From Escherichia phage EP335, in sequence record MG748548: a stretch of DNA of 64,000 nucleotides; one strand, 5' to 3'. How positions within the stretch are numbered: the stretch's first letter is position 1; every line of letters starts with the position of its first letter. The notes beneath the pieces were generated by a model. That model worked only from the letters and a program-made list of their open reading frames with translations. It was not told the DNA's origin and searched no databases. Positions 19,900-29,049 of this stretch are shown here, in pieces. Both the position numbers and the translations under genes were made by a program.

Positions 19900-20491
19900 T
19901 TACTCCCCTAAAAGTTTACGAACTTCTTTCTTGAATGTTTCATACTCTTCAGGGTATTCAAACCCACACTCTAGCATTGCGTAGTGAACAACCTTAAGCA
20001 AGTCTTGAACCTTGTTCTTATCTTTGTGACGATAAGCATACTTAATCATGTTGCATTGCTGGAAATTGAGCTGAGGGTTATTTGCATAGAACATACTTAA
20101 TCATGTTGCATTGCTGGAAATTGAGCTGAGGGTTATTTGCATAGAACTCAATAGGTTGAATTTTCTTAGAGTCAGGGTCGTAGTGAGCACCACCAACCAT
20201 AACATCTAGTGCTGGACTTCTTTTGCTGGTTTGTTCAGTTGTATTCTTAAAACTGACCACAGGAACAGAAGAGTAAACTATATACTCTTCCCCTACTGGT
20301 GGTTTTACTCTTAGTCCACGCATGGCATATTCAATCTTTATGTCAGCGGAACCTGAAGCGACCTCTTCAATAGATTTTCGATAGCTGTCAATAACTGCTC
20401 TTAGCATAGAGATTGTTTTGGTCATATCTTTTACTTTCTCATTCAGTACAACAATCTCTGATTCTTTGAAATCGAACAAATTCATTTCCAC
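19900..20491 (-). pseudogene. DUF3310-like gene interrupted by a 55-bp tandem duplication (two ORFs 19900..20094 and 20078..20491)
   Basis: Both ORFs contain FYANNPQLNFQQCNMIKY; removing one repeat copy restores a single ~178-aa frame with an HY...NxIKY...R..K DUF3310-like core. Confidence 0.6.
20037..20146. repeat. Perfect 55-bp direct tandem duplication (2 copies)
   Basis: 20037-20091 and 20092-20146 are identical: catacttaatcatgttgcattgctggaaattgagctgagggttatttgcatagaa. Confidence 0.9.
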
Positions 20492-20874
20492 TCTCCAATG
20501 ATTTCCATATCAAATTTATCTCCTTTCTTCGTAAGGAGTATTGCCGGTTTATCTTTACTTTTCATGTACTCAAACATATGCAGAGAGCCTCTTGACTCTC
20601 CATCCCAGAAGACTATCGCTGAGTCAGCATACTCTCCCATGTCTACGTTTCGAAGGATACCAGCTTTCTTTCCTAAGGTTGTCCAAGAAGGGATAAACCT
20701 TTTAATACCAAGGCCGTTATGCTTAGCAATAACCTCTCCATGAGAGTCTGGCCCTTTTGCTCCCCCTGATACAACTTCAGTGAAGAGCTTAGGTATCTCT
20801 TTCGGGAGTAAATCCCACATCTGAATAAAAGAAGGCCAGTCAATAGACCGGCTTCCTGCTATAATCACTTTCAT
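20482..20874 (-). CDS. DUF2493 / SLOG-family protein
   Basis: Pattern IIAGSR...VVSGGAKGPDSHGE...GKKAGILRN...IVFWDGESRGS matches the DUF2493 (LOG/Smf-like Rossmann) family. Confidence 0.65.
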   Translation of the reverse strand: MKVIIAGSRSIDWPSFIQMWDLLPKEIPKLFTEVVSGGAKGPDSHGEVIAKHNGLGIKRFIPSWTTLGKKAGILRNVDMGEYADSAIVFWDGESRGSLHMFEYMKSKDKPAILLTKKGDKFDMEIIGEWK

Positions 20875-20875
20875 A

Positions 20876-21517
20876 TTAAGACCCTTGGAATTCTTCCTTG
20901 TCGAAGTGCTTCTCTACCACATACTCATACAGATCTTTATACTCTGCATAACGCCGATAGAAAGTCCCGTGTGAGATGCCTAGCTCTTTCTGAATAGAAT
21001 CATGAGGGATACCTAAGAAGAGCATTGAGAACATGCTTGCGAGCTTCTGTGTGTCCATTGTATCACTCAAATCTTGGAAGAAGTAGAAGATACGAGATTC
21101 CATGAAAGGGTCCCCAACTGAATCATGCTTATTAACTGCATATTCCAGAGGACCTTCTGAGTAAATGTCAGGGTTGTTAAACATATCTGCTTCTGGAATA
21201 GCATAGATACGTCGATCACCAACTGTCTGTCGATTAGAACGGATAGACCAGATGATATTCTTCACACGATAGGTCATGTGCTCAATCTCTACTTCACCTT
21301 CCAGTAGAAGCTCTTCTTGCTTGGAATAGATAAAACGCCAAACATTAAGCAACACCTCTTGAGCTACATCCTCTGCTTCATGATAGTCACGAATGTCATA
21401 CATAAAGAATTTGTGAACCACTTTCCAGTTCACCTTATAGAACTCATCGAAGGTTGGGAAGTATTTGATTGGAATACCGTGAATACGATATCGAGTAGGT
21501 GTTGTTTTCTTAGCCAC
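20876..21517 (-). CDS. Phage sigma factor (ECF-like, sigma-70 regions 2 and 4)
   Basis: Region-2-like [15 protein letters not shown] and C-terminal [19 protein letters not shown]; no phage RNA polymerase gene is seen in the window. Confidence 0.6.
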   Translation of the reverse strand: MAKKTTPTRYRIHGIPIKYFPTFDEFYKVNWKVVHKFFMYDIRDYHEAEDVAQEVLLNVWRFIYSKQEELLLEGEVEIEHMTYRVKNIIWSIRSNRQTVGDRRIYAIPEADMFNNPDIYSEGPLEYAVNKHDSVGDPFMESRIFYFFQDLSDTMDTQKLASMFSMLFLGIPHDSIQKELGISHGTFYRRYAEYKDLYEYVVEKHFDKEEFQGS

Positions 21518-21547
21518 AAGTTATCCTTAACTTTGTTGGTTTTAAAT

Positions 21548-21754
21548 TTATACGCTGATCAAGTAAATAGCTGTTTCTGGGTTTGGTGTGTGTTGTTGTG
21601 GTGTTCCGGGGATACGAATCCACTCATCGTTTTCTGGTTCGTAATACAACCAAGCATCTGTGAATTTGAAAGTTCTTCCAAACACTTTATTATCATGTTC
21701 CCAAATTACGTGAACATTCCTAGTATCAGGTAATACTGTTTGCGCTCTAATCAT
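21548..21754 (-). CDS. Hypothetical protein
   Basis: 68-aa ORF in the - strand gene chain. Confidence 0.4.
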   Translation of the reverse strand: MIRAQTVLPDTRNVHVIWEHDNKVFGRTFKFTDAWLYYEPENDEWIRIPGTPQQHTPNPETAIYLISV

Positions 21755-22011
21755 TGGATACCTCTTTCTTTTAGAGCCTCTATTAACCCGTTGTGGTTAG
21801 CAGCACACTCTGTATATTGGTCTTGATACCACTCTAGTGTCGTTGATAGTGCAACACCTTGTGGGCCTTCTAGCATCGGTAAATCTACCCTACACTCAGC
21901 TTTTAGGTTTGCTGGTAAGGGCATTAATTGCCTGCTGTTGTCGCTCATTGAACAGCTTGACGTACTTATCACTAGCGCAAACATTATAAAAAACTGGCTT
22001 AGTCTTTTCAT
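21751..22011 (-). CDS. o-spanin-like outer-membrane lipoprotein (Rz1-like)
   Basis: Signal peptide plus lipobox-like ISTSSC, Pro-rich mature region; overlaps the 3' end of the i-spanin-like gene in another frame. Confidence 0.55.
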   Translation of the reverse strand: MKRLSQFFIMFALVISTSSCSMSDNSRQLMPLPANLKAECRVDLPMLEGPQGVALSTTLEWYQDQYTECAANHNGLIEALKERGIQ

Positions 22012-22246
22012 AGTGCATCTCTTTGTAAACTGTCTCAGTGTTCTTCTTCCAATCTGATAGACCGTTGAGAACTCTCATAGCAACCTCATCAGCTGCTTTG
22101 TTTCTCTCTATCTCTAATTCTTGCTGATGTTTCTCTTTGTCCAGATTATTACTATCTGTTTGATATTCGTTAAACTTCATACCACCAAAGAACACAAGAG
22201 CTGAAAAGACGATGAACCCTAAGTTATCACTTAACGTGTTTTGCAT
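21896..22246 (-). CDS. i-spanin-like protein (Rz-like; N-terminal TM, periplasmic coiled coil)
   Basis: ATG at 22246 with GGAGATAAT RBS; N-terminal TM LGFIVFSALVFFGG then charged helical region. Confidence 0.55.
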   Translation of the reverse strand: MQNTLSDNLGFIVFSALVFFGGMKFNEYQTDSNNLDKEKHQQELEIERNKAADEVAMRVLNGLSDWKKNTETVYKEMHYEKTKPVFYNVCASDKYVKLFNERQQQAINALTSKPKS

Positions 22247-22257
22247 ATTATCTCCAA

Positions 22258-22282
22258 CGAAAAAAGCCACCCGAAGGTGGCT
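22258..22282 (-). terminator. Rho-independent terminator (AGCCACC-UUCG-GGUGGCU then U-run) downstream of the SSB-like gene
   Basis: Perfect 7-bp stem with tetraloop; A6 on the + strand gives a U-tract on the - strand transcript. Confidence 0.6.
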
Positions 22283-22304
22283 AAACTATTACAAGGAGAG
22301 ATAC

Positions 22305-23045
22305 TTAGAATGGAGATTCGTCTTCTTCAAAAGTAGACTCAGGCTCACGATCGATAGTAGGGATAGAAGCAACCGGCTCTTTCTGCTCGTTCTCAGAAGC
22401 CTTAGTGACTTCACGACCAGCGAGAGGAATGTTCTTAGCGTCATTAGCTTGGGTAAGCAGGTTACGCTGGAATGGGAAGATTACCTGATAAGCAGCTACG
22501 TTATCATCTGTTTCAGCATACGGTTCGAAGAAGACCAGAGGACTGCGAGCAGCAGCAACAGCTTCACGATACTTGGTAGGAATCGGAGTAATCTGTTTGA
22601 TAGAGTTCTTAACTTCACCAGCTTTGTTGGTGTAAGAGTTGATTAGAACGTTTACAGGCTGACCTAACAGCATTTCTTTAAACCAAGCCAAATCACCTTT
22701 CAGTGCTTGGATGCTAGGGTCAACCATCTTAATTAGGTTGAGAATACCAGAGTTCTTAGCTCGTGGGTTTACATCGAAGCTCTTAAACTGACATGCAGGG
22801 CGCGGGTCAAGAGCATTGCCTTCAGAGTCCTTACCGGTTGCATCAACACCAATCAGCTCAAACGCCAAGTCCATACGGAAAGCTGGGTTCTTAGGAGTAA
22901 CTGCTTTAGTCTTAGGGTCAACCCAAGGGTCACGATTGTGAACACCAAGACCAACAACACGAACGATACGAGCTTCGTACTCACCATCAGGGATTACGTC
23001 GTAGTTGGATTTACGGGAAACGGACATAGTTGGGATAGAAGACAT
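22305..23045 (-). CDS. Putative single-stranded DNA-binding protein
   Basis: 246-aa protein ending in acidic tail EEDESPF (terminal Phe, as in SSB C-termini); weakly supported. Confidence 0.45.
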   Translation of the reverse strand: MSSIPTMSVSRKSNYDVIPDGEYEARIVRVVGLGVHNRDPWVDPKTKAVTPKNPAFRMDLAFELIGVDATGKDSEGNALDPRPACQFKSFDVNPRAKNSGILNLIKMVDPSIQALKGDLAWFKEMLLGQPVNVLINSYTNKAGEVKNSIKQITPIPTKYREAVAAARSPLVFFEPYAETDDNVAAYQVIFPFQRNLLTQANDAKNIPLAGREVTKASENEQKEPVASIPTIDREPESTFEEDESPF

Positions 23046-23102
23046 ATTTTAATTTCCTTATTTAATTTAAGATTGTTGCTCACTTTGAGCGGTTATGTAT
23101 AG

Positions 23103-23111
23103 TATACATTA
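23103..23111 (-). promoter_or_regulatory. TAATGTATA promoter-like element upstream of the SSB-like gene
   Basis: Reverse complement of 23103-23111 is TAATGTATA, about 60 nt upstream of the start at 23045; a second copy in + orientation lies at 23175-23183. Confidence 0.4.
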
Positions 23112-23590
23112 CACCTATACCGATAAGGGTGCTATATAGTATAAGCAGTAGTGGTAGTAGATATTGACTACTAGTAATGTATATATTGTATAGATGATAA
23201 TTCTATTGCAGGCTTGTATATTGGGCAATTCTCAGAATCCCTTGCAAGTACCGAAGGGCAGGAGACACCTGCGAGATAAAAATAGAGAATTAAGGAATCC
23301 TTGATTTAGGTTGTAGGGACTCCTAGGGACTTTGATTCTCTATTTAAAAGAAATATTAATTACTTACTACCTAAATAGTTAACTAACTTACTTAAAACCT
23401 TTTCAATAAGAATTGCTAAAAGGATAATTCCTAAGAAAGCTAATAAGAGAAAGGCATAAGTTACCATTCCATCATTCCTTTTAATCTAGATTCTTCTACT
23501 ATTCGCTGATAGAGTAAGTTAGACTCAGCTTGATCTTTTAACATTTTACTGTATTGATCTCTGAGACTATCTTTATAAACAACAGGTGGT

Positions 23591-24097
23591 TTAAATAGTG
23601 ATGATACTTTGTTCTTTTCTTCTTTCATCAAAAGTCTTCCTAATCTCTTGCAGAGATACAGCTTTAAAGTTGATTTGTTCCATCGAGGTACAGAAGTATC
23701 TCCAATCATCAATCACATGATTGTGAGTATGAGCATAGATGTTGAACTTCCCTCTCATTTCATCAGCGTGAATGGGAATGTGAGTCACCCAAAACTCTTT
23801 GTACTTGAAGTCACCTGATACAGTTCTGAACACTTTCATAATCTGTGGTAACAAATCCAGTCTGTCATGATTCCCTAAGACAAGATGCTTCTCGCCTTTA
23901 ATCTCATAGATGATATCCAGTGCATATGGTTCAAACACCCAATCACCAGTGAAGAAAGTCTTATCTCGTTTAGTCACATGGTCAAACGCTGAAAGAACTG
24001 CTTTATCGTGCTCTTCAATACTACCAAACTGTTTACGAAACTTGCAGATATTACGATGACCTAAGTGACCATCTCCTGCGAAATATACTTCAGCCAT
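23591..24097 (-). CDS. Metallophosphoesterase (calcineurin-like phosphatase)
   Basis: Motifs GDGHLGH, GDWVF, GNHD and HTH match the MPP signature D-x-H...GD...GNH[DE]. Confidence 0.8.
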   Translation of the reverse strand: MAEVYFAGDGHLGHRNICKFRKQFGSIEEHDKAVLSAFDHVTKRDKTFFTGDWVFEPYALDIIYEIKGEKHLVLGNHDRLDLLPQIMKVFRTVSGDFKYKEFWVTHIPIHADEMRGKFNIYAHTHNHVIDDWRYFCTSMEQINFKAVSLQEIRKTFDERRKEQSIITI

Positions 24098-24106
24098 AAA
24101 GACCTC

Positions 24107-24328
24107 TTAGATTGTGCAACCATCACACACGAAATCCCCACTCAGGGATTCTTGTAATAAACGACTTTGTTCATCAGAGACTAACTGATTAACAACTTTC
24201 TGTAACTCTAACAGTTGATCAAAATCTATATATCCCCCTTCCTCAAGAACGTTAGTTTCAATCCCCCATAAAGGTGATGGCATGTTTCTGCTTGCATTAA
24301 AAATCATCGTATGTTTCCTTATGTCCAA
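24107..24328 (-). CDS. Hypothetical protein
   Basis: 73-aa ORF directly downstream of the phosphatase gene. Confidence 0.4.
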   Translation of the reverse strand: MDIRKHTMIFNASRNMPSPLWGIETNVLEEGGYIDFDQLLELQKVVNQLVSDEQSRLLQESLSGDFVCDGCTI

Positions 24329-24458
24329 GATTTAGCTTTTACTTCAACGTAGGTTTTAACTTCACCTTTCAGAACCTCTTGAGAAGCGATAGCGCTTTCT
24401 TCAGAGTGGTGTACAACAGTAATTACTTTCTTCCCAATCTTATAAGTATGAACCCAAA

Positions 24459-24665
24459 TCATTTAACTTCCTCAATATCAACTAGTTCAAAACTTCCTAT
24501 TTCTTCAAGCTGGATAATCTCTTTAACCTTCTCAACAGCTTTAATAGGGTTTTCTTCTTCTACAACTTTACACCCTGACACTTCGAGACTGCCTGTTCCA
24601 CGAAGGTATAGATTTAACTTATAGATCACTTTGTAATATTTCATCGTATTCCCAATTTCTTTCAT
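24459..24665 (-). CDS. Hypothetical protein
   Basis: 68-aa ORF; start uncertain. Confidence 0.35.
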   Translation of the reverse strand: MKEIGNTMKYYKVIYKLNLYLRGTGSLEVSGCKVVEEENPIKAVEKVKEIIQLEEIGSFELVDIEEVK

Positions 24666-24798
24666 AATATCCAGAGTTGTAGTTTAGGGCGCATTTCTCA
24701 GCCTCTTCTATGTCATCTGTGTTTAGGATATTAACCCAACCACCAACTTCATCAAAACCCTCTTCTTCTTCATTAAACCATACGCTGTATTTCTTCAT
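24619..24798 (-). CDS. Hypothetical acidic protein
   Basis: Internal Met of track ORF 24619..24819, coupled to the stop of an upstream small gene. Confidence 0.35.
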   Translation of the reverse strand: MKKYSVWFNEEEEGFDEVGGWVNILNTDDIEEAEKCALNYNSGYYERNWEYDEILQSDL

Positions 24799-24974
24799 CT
24801 TGATAAGACTCTTCCCCAATCCTTGATGTAACAGCGACCATCAACCCACTTGGTCTCTGATTTAAACTCTTGAGAGATTCTTGTTTCACAGTCTTCTTTA
24901 CTGTAATCACCAAGCATCTCCATCACACAAATAAACAGAGCTATACCAATGGCCCACAGAATTAATTTCTTCAT
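24798..24974 (-). CDS. Small membrane protein (59 aa, not in ORF track)
   Basis: My own translation MKKLILWAIGIALFICVMEML...; stop overlaps the next start (ATGA). Confidence 0.35.
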
Positions 24975-25363
24975 CGAATCACCAAAGGCTCATCAGAATA
25001 CACAGGAGCTGCTATTTCTACAGGAGGTGCTGCTCTGAGGTCATTAAGTCTTACACCTTTTAGCATTCCATCTAGATGGTCCATTTTAGGAATTCCAACA
25101 GGGAAGTCGTCAATCCAAATATCTACAAAGAAACCAAGCTGACGACACACATCATCCTTCTGTACGCCGTTACAAAAGATAATAGGAATCTGCAAGCACT
25201 CTGCATCAATCTTAATGTCGTGGTTGTCGTACCCATTAGGCTCTGCAAAGCGATAAGTTACGAATCGTACATCATAACCCTTCGACTGCATTAATGCTAC
25301 CACAGAACGCCACAACTCTTTATCAGAGGTGTAGGTATCATCGTAATCTAAACCAATGTTCAT
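24971..25363 (-). CDS. HAD-like hydrolase (possible nucleotidase)
   Basis: N-terminal IGLDYDDTYT resembles HAD motif I (DxDxT); later IWIDDFP resembles motif IV. Confidence 0.5.
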   Translation of the reverse strand: MNIGLDYDDTYTSDKELWRSVVALMQSKGYDVRFVTYRFAEPNGYDNHDIKIDAECLQIPIIFCNGVQKDDVCRQLGFFVDIWIDDFPVGIPKMDHLDGMLKGVRLNDLRAAPPVEIAAPVYSDEPLVIR

Positions 25364-25379
25364 ATCTAATCCTTAGACA

Positions 25380-25406
25380 AGAAAAGCCGCCCGAAGGCAG
25401 CTTTTT
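25380..25406 (-). terminator. Terminator-like hairpin (AGCCGCC-CGAA-GGCAGCT) with flanking A/T runs
   Basis: 6/7-bp stem, tetraloop, T5 on one side and A4 on the other. Confidence 0.45.
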
Positions 25407-25409
25407 AGT

Positions 25410-25607
25410 TTATGCTTCTTGTTCTTCTGGCTCTTCAGCATTCAGCTGTTCCAGCCGATCATTCTCAATACTCAGATCGATAACTACACCAGTAAGCTCT
25501 ACTACAGCCTGACGCAGTGCATCTTTACCCATCGAGTTAACTTGGGTCAGGAAGAATGCTTTACCTTCTTCGGTGGATAGGGTTTCTTTAAGTTCAATAG
25601 GGGTCAT
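25410..25607 (-). CDS. Hypothetical acidic protein
   Basis: 65-aa ORF; start coupled to the stop of an upstream small ORF. Confidence 0.4.
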   Translation of the reverse strand: MTPIELKETLSTEEGKAFFLTQVNSMGKDALRQAVVELTGVVIDLSIENDRLEQLNAEEPEEQEA

Positions 25608-25954
25608 TTATTATCTCTCATAAATTCGGGTTACTGTACCACCCGCAGCTTCTACTTGAGCTACGAATGAATCACGCTCTTCGTCTGTATAAACCAGCTC
25701 ATTCAGGAACGTCCCTTCAGAGTCTTGGTACAGGATGTTCCACTTAGGCAGGGGCTTACGAATCAAGTCCATCATTCTTTATCCTCCCGTTCTTTCCACA
25801 GTTGGGCTAGTTCTAAATAATACTCAGCTTCTTCAGTGCGTCCTTGTTCTTTACAGACACTGTACTGACGGAAGCACCAATCTGAAGGTTGCTCTTCCAC
25901 TTCCTTGTCTCCTTGAGAAGTAATCAATAAGACTACTTCATTTGTTTTTCCAAT

Positions 25955-26146
25955 TCACTCTGCCATTTGAGGAATCTCTAGATGCTTTATAGAGAAACTT
26001 TTATTTGGGAAAGTCTTTATTAGCCAAGCTGCTTCTTGGATAGCTTTGTTTTCTTTCTCGTAAATACAAAGCCTAGCATCCAAGGAAACAATTCTCCCGG
26101 TTTCACTGACGACTACCCATGTTTTATATGTGTAAGTAGGTGTCAT
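25955..26146 (-). CDS. Hypothetical protein
   Basis: 63-aa ORF. Confidence 0.4.
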   Translation of the reverse strand: MTPTYTYKTWVVVSETGRIVSLDARLCIYEKENKAIQEAAWLIKTFPNKSFSIKHLEIPQMAE

Positions 26147-26518
26147 TTATTTCTCCAACACTGAGATACTGTACCAATTGTGTAAGGTTTTTCTAACCCA
26201 AGCAATGCGTTTAGGGTTTTTGTGATGAGAGCCTGTGTAACGTTCTCTGTGGTATGTGTCACAACCGAAAGGGTATACCGGGTCCTCAAACCCTTCGTGT
26301 TCAAACATATACGTCAGGTCATTAAAGTCTATATGTTTTGTGAAGAAGTAATAGCTTTTATAACAACGGTAGTTGAAACACAAACCGTGCTCAGGACTGA
26401 ACCATTTTGGGTATTCGTCTGTCTGAGAGATGTTATAATACTGGAGGAGGAAATCCTCCATCCCCCTTTCTTTGGCAATACATCTTAGTGTTCGGTACAT
26501 AATGTTACTCTGCTTCAT
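26147..26518 (-). CDS. Hypothetical protein
   Basis: 123-aa ORF immediately downstream of the polymerase gene. Confidence 0.45.
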   Translation of the reverse strand: MKQSNIMYRTLRCIAKERGMEDFLLQYYNISQTDEYPKWFSPEHGLCFNYRCYKSYYFFTKHIDFNDLTYMFEHEGFEDPVYPFGCDTYHRERYTGSHHKNPKRIAWVRKTLHNWYSISVLEK

Positions 26519-26527
26519 TGTGAATTC

Positions 26528-28375
26528 TCAGTGTGTGTGATTCCAGTTTAATCCAATCTGACAATCAGATGCCAGAGGGCATTCCATCTTGAGATACTCA
26601 CCAGCTTTCTTAACACAAAGCTCTGTAAGTTCTTTTAGTTTTTGTGCATCATTACGGTGAACAGAGAACTGCCCTTCATCGTGCATGTCAATAACCTTCG
26701 CACAACGAACACTATCACGCTCAATCCACTTGTTAAGGAAAAGCATGGCATACTTCATAACAATCGCACCAGCACTCTGTAAGAGTGTATTCAGTGCTTT
26801 ATGAACCATAACCTTACCTGTTGCGTCACGTCTCATTGTAATACGACGACCATCAACACCCAAGATATAACCTTGAGCTGCTTTCTCTGTCATACGCTCA
26901 ATAAGAATTGCAATACAAGGATTCTCTGCCAAGAAACGTGTTCTCATTACTGAACCTTCTTCAGAGCCTCCACCAACAATAGAACCAAGCTTAGCATCAC
27001 CTGCTCCGTAGTTGAACGCATAGATAAACGTCTTAGCGTTGTCACGAGTAGGAAGACCAGCAAGTCTCTGGTTGTGGGAGTGGATATCACCTTCTAATAG
27101 AATGTCACGATACATAACAGCAGAAGCTAAACCACGTTCAGCTAATGCTTTCTTACCAGCGTTACCTTCTGCAATTGCTTCAGCAAGCATGTCTCTACAC
27201 TCTTTAATGAGGTAGTGAGCAAGCATACGAAGTTCTAATCCAGAACCATCATAACCTAGGAAGAGTTCTCTACCAGCTGGTACATAATACTTATACAGCC
27301 CTACTGGTTTGTCTTTCTTTCCGGGTTTTCCACGTTCGTAGATAACGTTTGTATTTTTTCGTAAGTAACACCCATCAGGGATATTGTTGGTAATGATGAA
27401 AGGATAGTTATGACTATCATCTGTGGAGTAGTTAGATTGAAATAAACTCCTACACTCGTGACCAAACAGACCGCGAGAAGGAATATTAACAACAATGCGA
27501 TGTTTAAAACGAAATGTCGGAGTAGCGCAGCTATTAGCTTCCGCTGAGAGTTTACCATCTGGACGTTCCTTATCAATCAGTCCATTAATCAAGCCTAGTC
27601 TGTGAGCCGCTACAACACGTCTCTTAAGCAGACTTCCCACTTTACCTAGATCACCCTCAAGACCTTCTTCAAGAGTCTCTTCGAGGTTTGTAGGAGCTGT
27701 GGGCCACTTGTTCGAAGTAGCTAATGCTCTCTTAATTTCATCAAAGGTTACAGGTTTCTTCCTGTTAGGGTTTAAACCTAAACCAAAGACATAAGCCTTC
27801 ATGTAGTTGACAGTTTTGTGACGAAAGTGCTTATCCAAGAACTTCTTGATATCAGCATCAACCATCTGAGCTGTCTGTCGCTCTTTCTCATTGCCACGCA
27901 TCCAAGAGTTGTACCATTCTTGATACGTTCCACACTTACGCATGGCTCGCTTAATCTCAAATGTGTTCCAAGGCTTCTTAGATGTATTAAATTCTGGAGG
28001 AAGAAAACCTTCATCCATCAGTGCTTCTTTAACTCGTGCATCCTTTGATGGGTCAAAGTCAACATACTCAACACAAGTAAAAGCTCCACCAATATCTTCT
28101 CTCTTTAACCCCACTCTGTCGCAATATAATTGAGGCCACTTCTGAAGAGCACCAGTCTTCTTAAAGGGTTTCATGTAAGTAGAACCATCAACCCTCATCT
28201 TAGGTAACAGAGGAATCAGCTCTCTGTCGATGTTAACGATAATCTCTCTGAGAAGGTGAACATACCACCGTGCATTCCTCCGATTAAAGTTGACACCACT
28301 CTTCGCTTGCTTTGAAATTATATCAGCGACAGTCATCTCCGTTAAGAACGGAAGTACATCAGGGTTCTCCATCAC
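26528..28375 (-). CDS. DNA polymerase, family A (T7 gp5-like), polymerase domain only
   Basis: Motif A DGSGLELRMLAHY, motif B RDNAKTFIYAFNYGAG, motif C VIDMHDE; C-terminal half aligns by eye with the T7 gp5 C-terminus; no 3'-5' exonuclease motifs in this ORF. Confidence 0.9.
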   Translation of the reverse strand: MMENPDVLPFLTEMTVADIISKQAKSGVNFNRRNARWYVHLLREIIVNIDRELIPLLPKMRVDGSTYMKPFKKTGALQKWPQLYCDRVGLKREDIGGAFTCVEYVDFDPSKDARVKEALMDEGFLPPEFNTSKKPWNTFEIKRAMRKCGTYQEWYNSWMRGNEKERQTAQMVDADIKKFLDKHFRHKTVNYMKAYVFGLGLNPNRKKPVTFDEIKRALATSNKWPTAPTNLEETLEEGLEGDLGKVGSLLKRRVVAAHRLGLINGLIDKERPDGKLSAEANSCATPTFRFKHRIVVNIPSRGLFGHECRSLFQSNYSTDDSHNYPFIITNNIPDGCYLRKNTNVIYERGKPGKKDKPVGLYKYYVPAGRELFLGYDGSGLELRMLAHYLIKECRDMLAEAIAEGNAGKKALAERGLASAVMYRDILLEGDIHSHNQRLAGLPTRDNAKTFIYAFNYGAGDAKLGSIVGGGSEEGSVMRTRFLAENPCIAILIERMTEKAAQGYILGVDGRRITMRRDATGKVMVHKALNTLLQSAGAIVMKYAMLFLNKWIERDSVRCAKVIDMHDEGQFSVHRNDAQKLKELTELCVKKAGEYLKMECPLASDCQIGLNWNHTH

Positions 28376-28387
28376 CCTCTCCTTTTA

Positions 28388-28765
28388 TTATCGGTATAGT
28401 AAATCTGTAAACGCTTGGTTGTCTGCTATTACGTCCAAAGCCTCATCCGTGCTAGGAACTTCAGTTTCTTCCACTTGGTACGCAACCTCACGTACACGGA
28501 AAGCTCTTGCAGGAACCCTAAAGCCAGCATGTCTCTCCATAACATCTTTCTGAACCTGTGCAAGCTTCATACCCCACACTTCTTCATAAAGCTCTGGATG
28601 TTTATTACTAATAACTACATACTGACGATGTACGGACTTCGACTCTCTGACCTTAGCTAATAACTCATTAAACAAGTCTAACTCTTCTTCAGAGAGCGCA
28701 TCTACAACGTCTTCCCACTTCTCTACACAGAAGCGGTGGGCATGTCTGATAGGAAGTGACATCAT
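28388..28765 (-). CDS. Hypothetical protein
   Basis: 125-aa ORF immediately upstream of the polymerase-domain gene. Confidence 0.45.
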   Translation of the reverse strand: MMSLPIRHAHRFCVEKWEDVVDALSEEELDLFNELLAKVRESKSVHRQYVVISNKHPELYEEVWGMKLAQVQKDVMERHAGFRVPARAFRVREVAYQVEETEVPSTDEALDVIADNQAFTDLLYR

Positions 28766-29020
28766 TTACCCCTTAGGAAAAGGAAGAAGATTCTCTACTG
28801 CAACACGATAAACCTTTTCTACGTTTTTGTTTTTATAGGAGATGAACTTGCCATCAGCACCACGAAGGATTACATTAGTGCGAGCAGTCTTCGGGTTCTG
28901 GGAAATCTGACCAGCAATGATAGATGCATTAAGTGCGTTCTCAGCGTAGTTAGTAAACTTCCACTTAACAAGTTTATTGGCAATTGAATCGATAATGGTT
29001 ACAGTTTTTACGATAGACAT
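28766..29020 (-). CDS. Hypothetical protein
   Basis: 84-aa ORF. Confidence 0.45.
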   Translation of the reverse strand: MSIVKTVTIIDSIANKLVKWKFTNYAENALNASIIAGQISQNPKTARTNVILRGADGKFISYKNKNVEKVYRVAVENLLPFPKG

Positions 29021-29049
29021 AATTTCTTACCTAAGAAGTTTAATTTGGT

